From the NCBI RefSeq assembly GCF_006345805.1, contig NC_043005.1:32240001-32304000 (forward strand): DNA of 64,000 bases. Reading direction: 5' to 3'. The position numbers and the translations under genes are program-made. Each line of letters begins with the position of its first letter. Positions within the stretch are counted from its first letter, which is position 1. The stretch comes from Octopus sinensis. Taxonomy: Eukaryota. Below, piece after piece: positions 22,351 through 35,935 of this stretch. Below the pieces are notes generated by a model. It saw only the letters and a program-made list of their open reading frames with translations. It had not been told where the DNA came from and ran no database searches.

Positions 22351-24588
22351 GTTAATATTAGTAATTAATTCAGTCAGATGATTCTGTAAAAAGAAATTAT
22401 GCTAATTAAAAGGTTTCTAAATTTATGAGTATCAATCAATACCATTTGACATTTCGGACATTATTAATGGGATGACTTGATATATGAAAGAGTTGTCACA
22501 TGGTCATATGAGATATCACCATATAAGAGGGATCTATTTAGAGTGCAGAATTAATGCCCATAAGAGCAATAAGTGAGATTTTGTGAAAGAGGAAGTTATT
22601 CAACAAATCATGGGAACAATAATCAATGAGTTTAGTGTTAAGAAACTGCTGGAAGAAGTCCCACCTTCTAGTAAGCCTAATAGAGTAGGTTTACCCTGAA
22701 ATATTTTCTATCTGGCAAGTATATGTATTTTTTCCATTCATTTCAGCTATGCAGCTGTTGTCATGTTAAAGGATTTTGTAACCGAACAATAAATATTATG
22801 GCATTACTTGATACAGTATGTATGCATATACACTCCAGATGAAGATAATAGTGGTCATGGTAATGTCTGTGTAGAGGATCAATTGGAGCTGAACTTAAAT
22901 GTTATGCACCATCAATAAGTAAATATGATAATGTTTATGTGGCATACATTCCTAATCCATACTGCTTAATCATCAATATTTGACCTGTGTCAGACCATTA
23001 GTTAAATGCAGTACTGAATAATGGCCATCCATCATTCCAAGAGTTAAAAAATAACATCTAACTACACATCTTGCATATAAACTATAGACTAAGTGAATTT
23101 CCATCAAGTGGTTTGAGTAAAGAAGAGATAAGTTTATAAAACTTACTTCCTGGTTGCTACAGAGGATAACAAAAAATATACAAAACAAAGAATGTATTGT
23201 AGTGAGTTAAATTAGTGCAATCATGTGCACGTGTCAGTCCTAATCTTGCCTGTCTGCCTGATCATCCCTGTTCTATATCATCTCTTTCAGTTTCCATCAT
23301 GATCCATATCTATGTTATACATCTATTAAACTCATGCCCCCTTTTCTGGTCTGTTGCCACAACCTTCATGTCAATCTTTTGTCTATGTGATATCAATATT
23401 TCTATATCTACTGATACTTCTCCCTCTTTAACTATCACTATTTCATTGTCTCTAACAAGTCACAGAAATAATAGCACTCCTACCCACCGGCCATTCAATC
23501 AACTTTGTAACTAGAAATTTTAATTCCTTTTATAGTTTTAGCAACATAAAATTACAAAAATAGAAATATCACTCCTACCACAAAAGAAAAAAAAAATGCA
23601 TATTTTATGTAGGAGGGACTTTATTTTTGCTGGAAGTGATGTCTTTACAAAAGGGAGGTGTTGTTGATAACATTTAAGTTATAGGTGTTGTAGTAGGATC
23701 TGATATGTGGCTTATAAAATATTTTTAGAAGACAGTGGTTTACAGAATGTTAAGGACAGTGATTTCTGAAGGAAGAGCTAATAGGTGAAGAGATGAAAAA
23801 TATGGAACCATTGTCAGCTATACATGATAATCATAGCCAACTACTGTAAAATATTTAATCAACATCACTGTACCATCTTCAACTAACAAGCAAAGGATAA
23901 AGATTCATGAAAAACATGCTTCCAACTGAAGAGTCAATTAGAAGCTCAGCTTTTGTAAGGTTGTAACAGAGTGAGAGAGTTCAAAGAATTGCTAGATAAA
24001 GTAGTTTCTGGTCAGTTGTGCTTCAGTAAAAAATACAATGTTGAGGTAACTGAGTAAATATTTGAAAGCAGTCCACTAAGTTCAGCATTTAACCATTGCA
24101 AAGCTGCATCAATCAGCCGTGTTACATGCTGGCATCAGTCAAATGGCTTCACAGGATCCTATGAGTCCAAGGATTGCATACTACTTCAGTGTCTAATTTG
24201 GCATGGTTTCTATGGCTGGATGCCCTTCCTTATACCAACTATAGAGTGTATACTGGGTGTTATTTTCATGCTACCAGCATTAGTGAGATTACCACACAGT
24301 TTGCTAGATTACAAGACCTGAGAGAAAGGGCCAGAGCAGAACAGATTTCTTGGTGTAGAAGGGCCACATAACTACTCACATTTTAGAAGAGATAAAAATA
24401 GAAGTGATAGAGTTTTTTTTTTTTTTATGTGTATCTTCAAGGTATGAAGCAAATATAAGTATATGCAAGAATGAATGTGGACATAGAGGTTATGTGCACA
24501 ATCAGAGAAATGTGAATACATGTAATGGTAATATAGATTTACCAAATGACAAGGAACATCGAAATTTTAAATGTATTGAAAAACTTAC

Positions 24589-24831
24589 GGTTGAAAAGGA
24601 TCCTTCCCCAATAACTTTTCCAAATATGAAATCATTGGGAGTCTTCTTGCCAGATGGCCTCTTGGCAAGGGTGGTGGGTGGGTCTACAGAGTGGTCCTTG
24701 GACATTCGAGTTGGCCCAGCAGAGACTAGTGGAATTGGTGCTTGAGCTGCAGTTGGGGGATACACCTTGGTTTTTGGTTTAGAACAAACACTGTTAGTTG
24801 TTTGGGATCTCTGTGACACCAGGCTAACGGA
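24589..24831 (-). CDS. PDPK1: PDK1 exon 2 (N-terminus to Gly-rich loop, ...KKTPNDFIFGKVIGEGSFST)
   Basis: tttag acceptor and ACC|gtaagt donor, 243 nt, phase 0/0. Matches human KKRPEDFKFGKILGEGSFST. Confidence 0.92.
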
Positions 24832-26880
24832 CTAAAGTAAAATATATATATATACAGATATATAAGTAAAACAACTTCAGATTTATATAGATTTATTTTA
24901 ATAAAAACATTTTAAATATTAACAATTTACTTCAAATTTCATCTTTGTAAGATCATCAAATCCCTCAACTGATGTATACAAGGGAGAAAACAGTGTGTGT
25001 GTGTGTAAAAGTATGAATGTCATTTCCACTTCATACAAGATCAGCTGAGCAGAACCCCACCCCCAAATTGATGTCTTGCTTACATTCCCTGTAAACCATG
25101 TTTTGTAGCAGTGTGATTTTGAAGTTTAATGGAATGAAAAATCTTTTACTTGAAAAACAATTAAGGATTGGTGATCAGAAGAACCAAGCTGTGAAATGTT
25201 TCACATAAGTACTTGTTCAACTGGTGCCAGCATGGAAAAATAGATGTTAAAGGAACAAGTTGGGTGACTTTGCAGGAACTTTGCATATTCGTTCCTCTTA
25301 CAGATAATAGTGTGGAAGCAATGCTGTTTATTGTGGTAATTTAAGAAACATTTTTCTATGATAGTCATAAAATTGACTATTTTGGAGTTTGGGTAGTCTA
25401 ATTTGACCTCTGTTGGAAAATTATGGCAGATCACTAAGAGAGAAATAAATTGCAAAACTTGTAAAAATCTTTGGCACAAAACAAATTTTGAGGGAAAGAA
25501 TGTAGACAATTTCATTAATCCAGTATTTAACTGGTATTTACTTTATCAATCAGAATGTTAAAATGCATGAACCAAGTACTGCAAGTTTTAAAATTTAGTT
25601 GTACAGATTTTCTATAGAATTTACAGCCAGCACTGGAAGTTATAATCTTTCATAAACAAATACATCCATGTAGCTGGTGCAGGTTCTCAATTCTATAGAA
25701 AATCTATAGAGACCAATTTAAAAGACCAATTACGCTTCTAACATAAGTTAAGACAATATTGACTTGTAAACCTGTAATATACTTGATAGTATATTATAAT
25801 TGCAAAATAAAATACTGTGTCCTTGCCAGCAATTAATAAGTACTGTAGGTAAATGTGATACGATTCTTTATGGCAATCCTGTGTTAACAATTTAAAAACA
25901 TGTGTTAGAAGCATTAATTATTAAAAAAATGGTTATCAGTAAACAAAGAAGTTTTTTTTTATATATACTATTAGCATATTTAATGTTAGAAACAATTTAG
26001 CTGTTAATAATATTGGGGTTGTTAACCCCAAATATGTTTGGCAATGTAGTATGTAGTCACTATGAAAGGTTTTGTAAAGTTCATAAGTTGGGAGGGTATC
26101 TCATTTATGTGTAGCGATTGTGTGAATGCAACTGTTAAAGTTGTCCCTAATTGAGATGTTTTAAAGGTCTTTGTTCATAGAAAGGGTTAGTTTCTTCTAG
26201 GATTCATCATCATTTAATGTCTGTTTTCCATACTGGTATAACCCAAGAAAATTATGATCCTCTGGATCTATAGGAGTAGAAGTTGATTTATTTTTGGAGC
26301 TCTGATTATGTAGGTAATGTACTGTAAGATGGTAGTAATAATTAAAGTAGAATTAGGTGACAGAAAATTAAGGTCATACACTATAACATGGGTGAAACCA
26401 GTGTGAAGTATGGAAGATGGATCTATCTCAAATTATCCAGTTGCTTATCCCTGTCCCCACCAGAAGTAATTTTCTGAAAGAATTTTAAAAATGCAAGGCA
26501 CCTAACTTAAAGCATATCTCCTATTCTCTAACATTTACATCCATTCTAATAGTCTATAAAAATAAAATAAGTGAAATTTCAACAATCCAAACTTTTGGTC
26601 GAACTGCTGCAACTGCATATTAACTAGCTGTATCACCACTGCATTCAGTTTTGCTAACAAACAAAACTAATTAAACATTAAAACACTAATGATAGACTGA
26701 CACAAAGAGGTTGGTGGAAGGAAAAACCAGATATGAACACACACACAAACACATCAGTACACAGGTGTTTAAATTGTTTACATTTCTGTACATGCAAACA
26801 TTTAAAACCTAATAAACAAATATGCAACACCAACTGATTTTATATATATACTAGAGTTTTATATATATAGATATATATAT

Positions 26881-27895
26881 ATCATCATCATCCTTTAATG
26901 CCCGCTTTCCATGCTAGAATGGTTTGGATGATTTGACTGAGGACTGGCAAACCAGATGACTGTACCAGGCTCCAATCTGATCTGGCAGAGTTTCTACAGC
27001 TGGATGCCCTTCCTAACGCCAACCACTCTGAGAGTGTAGTGGGTGCTTTTACGTGCCATCGACACGAGACCTAGTCTGGCAGTACTGGCAACGGCCACGC
27101 TCAAAATGGTGTTTTTTACATGCCACCTGCACAGGAGTCAGCCCAGCAGCACTGGCAACAACCTCACTCGAATGTTTTGTTCACGTGTCACTGGCACAAG
27201 TGCCAGTAAGGCGAGGCTGGTAACGATCACGCTCAAATGGTGCTTTTTACATGCCCACCGGCAGTGATCCTACTCAGATGGAGCAGTTAGCGCTCCACTG
27301 GCAAGGGTGCCAGTCATTGAATTTGGTTCAATTTCGATTTCACTTGCCCCAACAGGTCTTCGCAAGCAGAGTTTAGTGTCCAATGAAGGGAGGTTGGCAT
27401 GGGTGCCAGTCGTCGAATTTGGTTCGATTTCGATTTCACTTGCCTCAACAGGTTTTCGCAAGCAGAGTTTTGTGTCCAAAGAAGGAAAGGCATGCATAAG
27501 TGGGCTGGCTACATCCCTGGTAAAGGCCATGGGTTATGGTCTCACTTGTCCGCAGGGTCTTCTCACGCACAGCATATTTCTAAAGGTCTCGGTCACTAGC
27601 CATTGCCTCGGTGAGGCCTAATGTTCGAAGGTCGCGCTTCACCACCTCGTCCCAGGTTTTCCAGGGTCTACCTCTTCCACAGGTTCCCTCAACTGCTAGG
27701 GTGTGGCACTTTTTCACATAGCTATCTTCACCCATTCTTACCACATGACCATACCAGCACGATCATGTCTCTTGCACACCACAACTGATGCTTCTTAGGT
27801 CCAACTTTTCTCTCAAGGTAGTTACACTGTCGAGTATGTACACTGACATTACACATCCATCGGAGCATACTAGCCTCATTCCTTGCGAGCTCAGA
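26881..27895 (-). mobile_element. 5'-truncated RTE LINE with an internal tandem duplication of about 100 bp (27307-27490)
   Basis: ELARNEASMLRWMCNV, 3' UTR hairpin repeats and a (GAT)n tail. Confidence 0.88.
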
Positions 27896-27944
27896 CATGT
27901 TATATATATATATATATATAAATATATACACACACATACACATA

Positions 27945-28851
27945 CGGGTTGGACAAAATAATGGAAACACCTAGCATCATAATTTTGAAATATCTATAAA
28001 ACTGTCAAAAGCTTGTTTATTTTTGTTTTATTACTAGTGTTGTTTAATATGTTTTTGCTAAAATTGCTGTTTCTTTTCAGATATCAGAAAAAGGTAATTA
28101 AAATTCATTAAAATGACAGATCTATTGGACTTTCAAAGAGGTCAAATTGTTGGTGCCCGTATGGCAGGCGCTAGCCTAATGAAAACAGCCGAAATGTTTG
28201 GTGTATCAAGAAGCACCGTCTCGAAAGTAATGATAGCCTTTGAGAAAGAGGGAAAAACCTCCACATTGAAACAAAACTCTGGAAGAAAACCGAAACTTTC
28301 AGGTAGGGTTCGTCAGACTCTTACACAAATTGTTAGAAAGGATCACAAAAGTACAGCTCCCAAAATGACTGCAGAGCTTAATGACCACCTCGAGAACCCA
28401 GTTTCCACAAAAACTGTTTGCTGGGAGCTGCACAAAGCCAGATTTCATGGGAAGGCTTCAACCAGAAAACCACTACTTTTAAAAACAAATGTTGCAAAGC
28501 ATTTAGAGTGGAGTAAAAACCTACAGAATTAGTCCCTAGAGCAGTGGAAGAATGTTATTTTCTCGGACAAGTCATCCTTTATGTTATTTCCAGCACTGGC
28601 TGAGTATGCATGTGGAAACAGCCAAAAGAAGCATGTGACCCAGACTGCCTTCTTCCAACTGTTAAATATGGAGGAGGATCTGCGATGATCTGGGGCCTAT
28701 ATCTTGGCAATCCACCAGCTCAATGGTTTTCCTTCATGACAGAATTAAGAGTCAAGACTATTTAAGCATTTTATCTGATCAAATTTATCCTATGGTGGCG
28801 AAACTGTTTCCAGAGGAAAAAACAATCTTTCAGGATGATAATGCACCAATT
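27945..28851 (+). mobile_element. Tc1-like transposon, 3'-truncated pseudogene
   Basis: TA|CGGGTTGGACAAAATAATGGAAACACC left end. ORF 28113-28532 has a paired-like HTH (FQRGQIVGARMAGAS). A TAG replaces a Trp, followed by WKNVIFSDKSSF and IFQDDNAP. No right TIR was seen. Confidence 0.88.
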
Positions 28852-29124
28852 TTAAGAACTCTTTCTAGGTGAATATATTTGCTAAAAATGTCTTGAATTC
28901 AATGGAATGTTATGGAGCACAGGGACAGCAGCTGTTAGTGCACGGCAGTGAAAAAAAAAATCAACTAGTCAAAATGAATTGTGGAGGGAGAGTAAATAAA
29001 TTGTTATGACCAGCATGCATAAAAATATACACATGTTTAAACTTTTACAGGGAAAAGGTTGATAGTAACTTAGAAATTCCGTTTGCCATCTGTTTGATGT
29101 TAAATTGCTTTTATATGATATAAA

Positions 29125-29127
<3 letters not shown>

Positions 29128-29211
<84 letters not shown>
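29128..29211. repeat. (CA)n(TA)n microsatellite
   Basis: Visible in the sequence. Others include (GT)n 31284-31331, (GA)n about 33153-33178, and (TA)n at 27899, 38156 and 53699. Confidence 0.95.
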
Positions 29212-29213
<2 letters not shown>

Positions 29214-29982
29214 CCACTGAAGGAGTGGCTTTTCTGTTGATAAACATTATAATTAGCTGTTTGTGTCCACCCTACCACTCAGATTTCCTCTCATTCATAT
29301 AAATTTTATTTTATTTTCTCTCTATTCTGTAGCATTAGTGCAGACAGTTTCCTGCTGGGTTATACAGATCATTCAGCCACTACCTATTCTAAATTCAATA
29401 CCTACTAGAGTCAACCGAATTAAAACAATACATTTACTGTTATTTATTGGACTACAGAGTGTGTGTGTGTCCAGTGATTTAAGAAACAGTCAATAACTAC
29501 CAAAATATCATCAAACCTCATGAGTAATATAATTAGGTAATAAGAGATGGCAATTAAGTAAACAGATTCTTTATGGTATTCAAAACTCAAGGCCTCATTC
29601 TACAGTTTACATCCCAATAGAACTGATATTGTCTAGTGTCATTCCATAGTTGATAAGAAGTTAAGTTATTTAAACAAGCCAAATACCTAATCAAAATCCC
29701 CTTGCTCTAATAATCAACTCCCAACTCCTTTTTTTAATTACTAGTTGGAACAGACTTTTCTGCTCTTTGAAATATTCTTATATTTTGACCTGTCATCAAC
29801 AGCCACAATGCTTTATCTTCCATCAGAAAATACAGAGGTATCTTCAAGGGTAGAGTTCTCTTGTCTAGAAATCTGACAGAGTTCATTTATCAGTTAATGA
29901 GTAGATAGTAGCTATACCTACTCTTCCATTACACCATTTATTTAAAAAATTTAGGAGGTCAATTTCAAAAACTAAATATGTA

Positions 29983-30340
29983 TACTCTTTTACTTGTTTC
30001 AGTCATTTGACTGTAGCCATGCTGAAGCACTGCCTTTAGTTGAGCAAATCGACCCCAGGACTTATTCTTTGGATGTCTAGTACTTATTCTATCGCTCCCT
30101 TTTGCTGAACTGCTAAGTTATGGGGACGTAAACACACCACCATCGGTTGTGAAGCGATGGTGGGGAGGACAAACATACATACACACAACAGGCTTCTTTC
30201 AGTTTCCATCTACCAAATCCACTCACAAGACTTTGGTTGGCCCGAGGCTATAGAAGACACTTGCCCAAGGTGCCACACAGTGGAACTGAACCCGGAACCA
30301 CGTGGTTTGTAAGCACTTACCACACAGCCACTCCTTTGCC
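29983..30340 (-). mobile_element. Near full-length tRNA-headed SINE (third family)
   Basis: Head GTGGCTGTGTGGTAAG...GGTTCCGGGTTCAGTTCC, core GGCACCTTGGGCAAGTGTCTTC, tail ...GAAACAAGTAAAAGAGTA. Partial copies at about 10590, 51530 and 53585. Confidence 0.8.
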
Positions 30341-30470
30341 TATCCTATTTATGTGTATTACTTTTCAAACTATTAACCATTTTCATACCAAATCTATCTA
30401 ACTGAATAATTAATACAACAAAGGTTAAGATTATTAGTTTTTTAAACATTTTAATGTCAGTTTTTTTTTT

Positions 30471-30666
30471 TTAACTCTTGATACCAAATTGCCTTCGAAC
30501 ACTCCTAGTTCTATGATACAAGATTCTTGTTTTAAAGTGATCTAAATTCAAACATTCCATAAAAATTTCATGTTAACTTGTGTTCCAAATACCAGCTTAA
30601 TAAAGTTATTTTATTAAATTCTTTACTATTTTCGAAACTAACTCAAATATGTAACAAAAGAGTTAA
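30471..30666. mobile_element. TTAA-flanked piggyBac-type MITE (second family)
   Basis: TTAACTCTTGATACC ... GTAACAAAAGAGTTAA. A related copy in the opposite orientation is at 38951-39183. Confidence 0.55.
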
Positions 30667-31285
30667 GAGTATTCAGGGACAGACTGAGACAACCCAGGTG
30701 AAAATAATGATGATGATGCTACTGGCTCTTTACTTGCTCCTTAATGTAATAAGAATACTACTGGACAAGTGTGCAGACAGATAGTGGAAGACAGAAAGGA
30801 TAGTGATAGATGGATAACTAGGGAACAGGTGGTTTTATTGACAAATCAATAAGAACTGGAAAGTGGTTATGGAATCAGAGAAAATTATTTACAAGTTCCA
30901 TTTATTCAACCATTTATGTTGCTCCCCAAATGTAGGAATAACAAAGCTCAGTGCTTGTAAGATAGCAAGTGTTATAATAGGAACTGACAGTTGGTGTCTT
31001 TAAGGTTTGCTATTACAATAGAATTTTATACCATATGTGCCTGTATATGTCTGAGAGAGAAAAATAAACAGTGAAGTAAACAAAGAGCAGGTTGCCATAG
31101 CAACATATACATAAGGATTGAGTGTAGGGAGATAATGGTGATAGACTGGTAAATGTGTAGAAAGGAAGAGAAGATTAATATAAAAAGTAAAGATGAAAGG
31201 AAGAATATGAAAAAGATCTGTTAGATAAATGTGGAAAGTGGTAAAAATGTTAAGGAATAATGAAGAAAAAACTGTACATGTATAG

Positions 31286-31318
<33 letters not shown>

Positions 31319-32604
31319 TGTGTGTGTGTGTCACTCATGAAGCTAGTTTCTGCTCAACTTCACAACACTGTCATGCTTTAATAAATGTGTACAAAAAACC
31401 AGATTGTCTGCATTTTGGGATTACAGAAGATCCGTGGTCTCTATGGAATTTCCTGAGACCCTTGGCAGTTGGTGCATATTGTATATGTCATTTTTGTTAA
31501 TAAAAGGCTCAGATAAGGTGGAGAGATGGCAGAATCATTAGCATGCCAGACAAAATACTTAAAGGCATTTCATATGCCTTTATGTCTTGAATTCAAATTC
31601 TGCCGAGATTGACTATGTCTTTCATCCATTCAGGTTTGATAAAATAAGTACTAGTAATATACTGGGGTCAATATAATGAGGATTACCACCTCTCGGGAAT
31701 TCCTGACCTTGTGCCAAAATTTGAAACCAATATAGGGCCCAGAGTTTCAACATCTATTTGGAGTAAAACAGAGTGCAAGATGAAGTAATTTGATGGTCAA
31801 TAAGTAACCATAGGTAGAGCAATTATTATAGAAAGTTAACATCTTGGTATCTTCATGGTTGTTAAATGTTCTATTTCCAATGTAGACAGAGTCAAGGAAT
31901 AAACATTTTCTTTCATATTCAGAAAGTTGAGAAAAATAAAGGTATTCATTCATACAATTAATATAGACTATGTTGCTCTCTGCTAAAGTGACTGGGATCC
32001 TTATTGAATTGCTAAGCAACAGTTTCCAACCTTTTCACTAGCAAGGACCTCTCATATAAGTTAGCTTCTACCCCAAAGGCCATGGATTCAAAAATGTGGT
32101 GTTAAGGTCTTCTAATTTCAGTTTAGTGAGAAACTGATTTAATGCACAATGTTTGGTCACTTTAGCAATATTTTAAAAAGGATATTTCCCTATAATTTAG
32201 AAATTAAGAGTAACAATAAACATGCAATATAATTAGAAGCCAAGAAGTTTCAGGGTGGTCACAGACAATTTTCAGGAAGTGTTCTCTTTTTCTTTCTCTA
32301 ATATTAGTAATTAGGTACAGGAACAAGCAGCACCAGCAGGTTGAATACATTCATGTGTGTGCACAGTGTATTCAATATTTAATGAGAGATTAGTCTTAAA
32401 CATTTACTTTGGGAAATTTAGCCAGACAGAAAGCTGCACTTAATAGAGTTGAATGTGCTGAATACTAGAAATCAAATCATTCCTTTGGCCAAATGGGGAA
32501 AATGTGACACAAAGCTGATAAAGCAAAAAGGATAACATCTTGTGAAACTGTAATTGAAACTTGCTGCTGCATGCAGCCTATTTGAAGTATATTACATATA
32601 TCAT

Positions 32605-33900
32605 CATTATCATCATTTAATGTCAGTCTTCTATGCTGGCAAGCCAGAGGACTGCACCAAGCTCCACTGTCTGTTTGGCATAGTTTTTATGGCTGGATAC
32701 CCTTTCTAATGCCAACTACTTTACAGAGCAGACTGGATTCTTTTTACATAGCATCAGCATTGGCAATGTCTGTTTTGGCATGGTTTTTATGACTGGATGC
32801 TTTTTATGTGACACCAGCAAGGTCACCAAGTAATTTGCAAGACAAAGATCTTTTGAAAGCAGGGTTGTATTGAAGAAGGTGGCTTTGTACCAGGTGATGA
32901 AGGGTTAGAATATGACAGGAAGGAGGAGAGGGAAAAGGGGAAGTGGGAGTGTGAAAGAGATGGTGATGCTGTGCCAGAGAATAATTTCAAGGTACCAGGA
33001 TGTGAATATAACTGGAATGGTAGAAGATTGCCCAGGGTGTAAGAGTAAGGAGTTCACATGAATGCAAAAAACAAAACAAAAAAAAAACTGGGTACATACG
33101 AGGGGACAAGAGGATAGCAATGATACAGTGGGCAAGGCAAGGAGGACAGGGTTGGAGAGAGAGAGAGAGAGAGAGAGATAAGCGTAGTGCATGAAGAAGG
33201 ATATGTAAGGAAAAGATATGAGGTTTGGTTTACAGGAGCAGGGTATGTAAAAAATTTTAGGTTACATGTGGGTGGAGCACAGCACCTCCAGAACTCAGTT
33301 CTGCTGAGGTGGGTGGGTCTTCTCAAGAACCTCATATCACCAGAAATCTCGGTCCATTGTCATGTCCTCTCAACATCTTGAAATTGACCCTCACTACTTC
33401 ATCTCATGACTTCCTGGGTATCTCTCTCCTACATGTGCCATCCACTTTAAGCAGTCAGCACTTCTTTATACAGCTGTTTTCATTCATATGCATTAAATGT
33501 CCAAACAGTCTTTTCTTTTGCATGCTGCATCTGATACCTCTTATGCCCAACTTTTCTCTCAGCATATTTGCACTGTCATATATGCATACTGATGTTGCAT
33601 ATCCACTGGAGTATACTAACTCCATTCGTCTCTAGTTATGCAGGTCTTCTACATTTAGGACCAACATCTCACTACCATGGAGTATAGCTGCTCATGCACA
33701 AGCATCAAACAATTTGCTTTTCACTCAGTACTTTTGTTGTCAACATAGGTAATAGCTCTCTGAACTTCCTCCATCCTATTCTAGCAACAATACTTTCACA
33801 ACATTCTCTGCCACTGCTAATTTGGTTCCCTATGTAACACAAACTATCTACAATCATCTGGGTATTTGAGAGAGTCTAATTCCCATGTGTTCCTAGAGCT
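32605..33900 (-). mobile_element. Old, degenerate RTE LINE 3' portion
   Basis: RTE tail at 32605-32870 and eroded RT C-terminal sequence at 33360-33900, similar to the 13832 copy. Confidence 0.65.
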
Positions 33901-34109
33901 TATTGTTCCTGCAAATCTGCTACATACAAAGACAGCTGTTGACCTACCTGTGATTCCACTGCACCTATTATAATGTAAATAGCTTTGTACTGGGTGCAAC
34001 AAATGGAATTTCTTCAAACACCTTTCCTAGATATTTAATTGAGTCATTTACCTAACAAAAATTGTCTTATCTGCTTTCTTCTTAACAACTTTGGTATTCA
34101 CTACATTGA

Positions 34110-35935
34110 CTAAGACTTTCTGATTCCAGGTTCTCCACCAATCCCCTATAGAATGTTTTTGTAATGCAGTCACTCAAGGTTGACCCAGGATGGCAGAGTT
34201 GCTCGAGAGCAATGCGACACTTGTGATGCCATTTGCCCTTCCTCGGCCTCTTCTTGATCCACATCTGCACTTCGGACATGGAGATGAGCTGCAGGAAAGC
34301 ACGCCTCACAAAGGCGAACACACCCATTCACTATCGTCTGCTTAGAGCAGGAGATGTCACAGTCTCAGTGCATGTCTGTGCATCATTAACCACGGCATAC
34401 CCAGCCATCCTTTTAGCAGGTGCTGGCCACAAATGGATCACCTGGCCTTCGAAACACTTCCTTTCCACAAGAAGTGGAAGAGGATGCGTTCCAGTTTGGT
34501 GATGGTAGGGTCAGGACAAGGCATGACGGTCAGGCAGTAGCAGATGATGGACGTGATGTACGCTTTCACCACCTCCACCAGACCTTTTAGGGACAGTTTC
34601 CTCCTGGCTCTTTGCTGAGCGAGAGTGGCCACCCAACTCATTATTTCATCCCAGTTCTTCTCCATTTGGAGGTCTGGACAAAACCAGACCCTGAGCAACT
34701 TAACCAGACCATCGGTTCAGGGTCCTGCAATGGAGGCGCTGCTGGATGGCATGGGCTTGCCTCTCAAGATGCCAAGCTGCAAGCCCACTGACTTTTCCCG
34801 GTTAAACTTTACTCCCATTACCGCATCGTAGTCTTCCAGTGTCTTTCCGACCAGCTCGATGTGATTGTGGCTAGACACTATGATGATGACGGCTGCATAT
34901 TTGGACATGCTTGTACCATATCCCAATTCTTGTGGGATGCCCCTCAGTATCGACAACTTCTGCAGTAGTGGCTCAAGAGTCAATATGTACAGAAGTGACG
35001 AGAGGGGGCATCCTGACAGCTGAAACATGCAATGTCGAATAGTCTGGATAGATGCCCACTCAGGCGAACTACCGAACGGATGCCTCTGTATAAAGCAGCG
35101 ATCCAGCTGAGGAAGGCAGGACCAAAACCAGCCACTAAGAGGACAGCCTCCAAGTATTGATGGTCTACCCTATCGAAAGCTTTGAATTGATCCAAATTGT
35201 TCAGTACCCAACCCATGCCAGGTTCCTTAACTACCCTGTCTATGATGTAGCGCATGAAGTGGAGGTTGTCACGAATGCTCTGGTCCGGCACAGCGCACAT
35301 TTGCACCTTGTCAACCAGTTCCCCAATGACAAGTGCCAACCTCCCTGCTAACACCTTGGCCAGAATTTTCAAATTTGCATTAAGCAGAGTGATGGGCCTA
35401 AAGTTATCTATTATGTTCCTCTTGTTTGGATCTTTCTTTAGCAGTGTTACAGTTCCTCGGCTCACAGAACTGGGGATACACCCATTTTGCTGCCAAGATG
35501 TCTCCTAACAAGTCTGGCATATAACCATAAAGCCTGTAGGCAGACCATCCAAGCCCGGCAATTTGTCCCTCGAGCAGTTTCCTATTGCATCCTGTACATC
35601 CACTACTGTGATGGCACCTTCACAACACTCCGCCTCTCTTGCTGAGAGTTGTGGCAGGCTATGCAGGTAGGCACTGAAATCCACCCTGCGTTCTGGTTAG
35701 CCAGTTGTCCCAAACAGTCGGGCAAAGTGCTGTTGAAAGGCCTCGCACATTTTTCTAGGCTATCAGAGAACAAATAGTGGCTTTGTTGTGCCTCTGCCAC
35801 TTGGGCAGCTTCAATACCTTTGTTTCTTAGAGCATGCATCCTAGCTCTGACAACGCATCCTTCATGTTTGGTGTTGAAGTGTTGGTCAAAGGCCAACCTC
35901 GCTGCCAATACCTTCTGTATATTTATTAGTAAATA
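34110..35935 (-). mobile_element. L1/Tx1-clade LINE ORF2 fragment
   Basis: NFRPITLLNANLKILAKVLA, NLDQFKAFDRVDH, GCPLSSLLYILTLEPLL and KYLG-like remnants, frameshifted. Both ends are missing. Confidence 0.88.
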
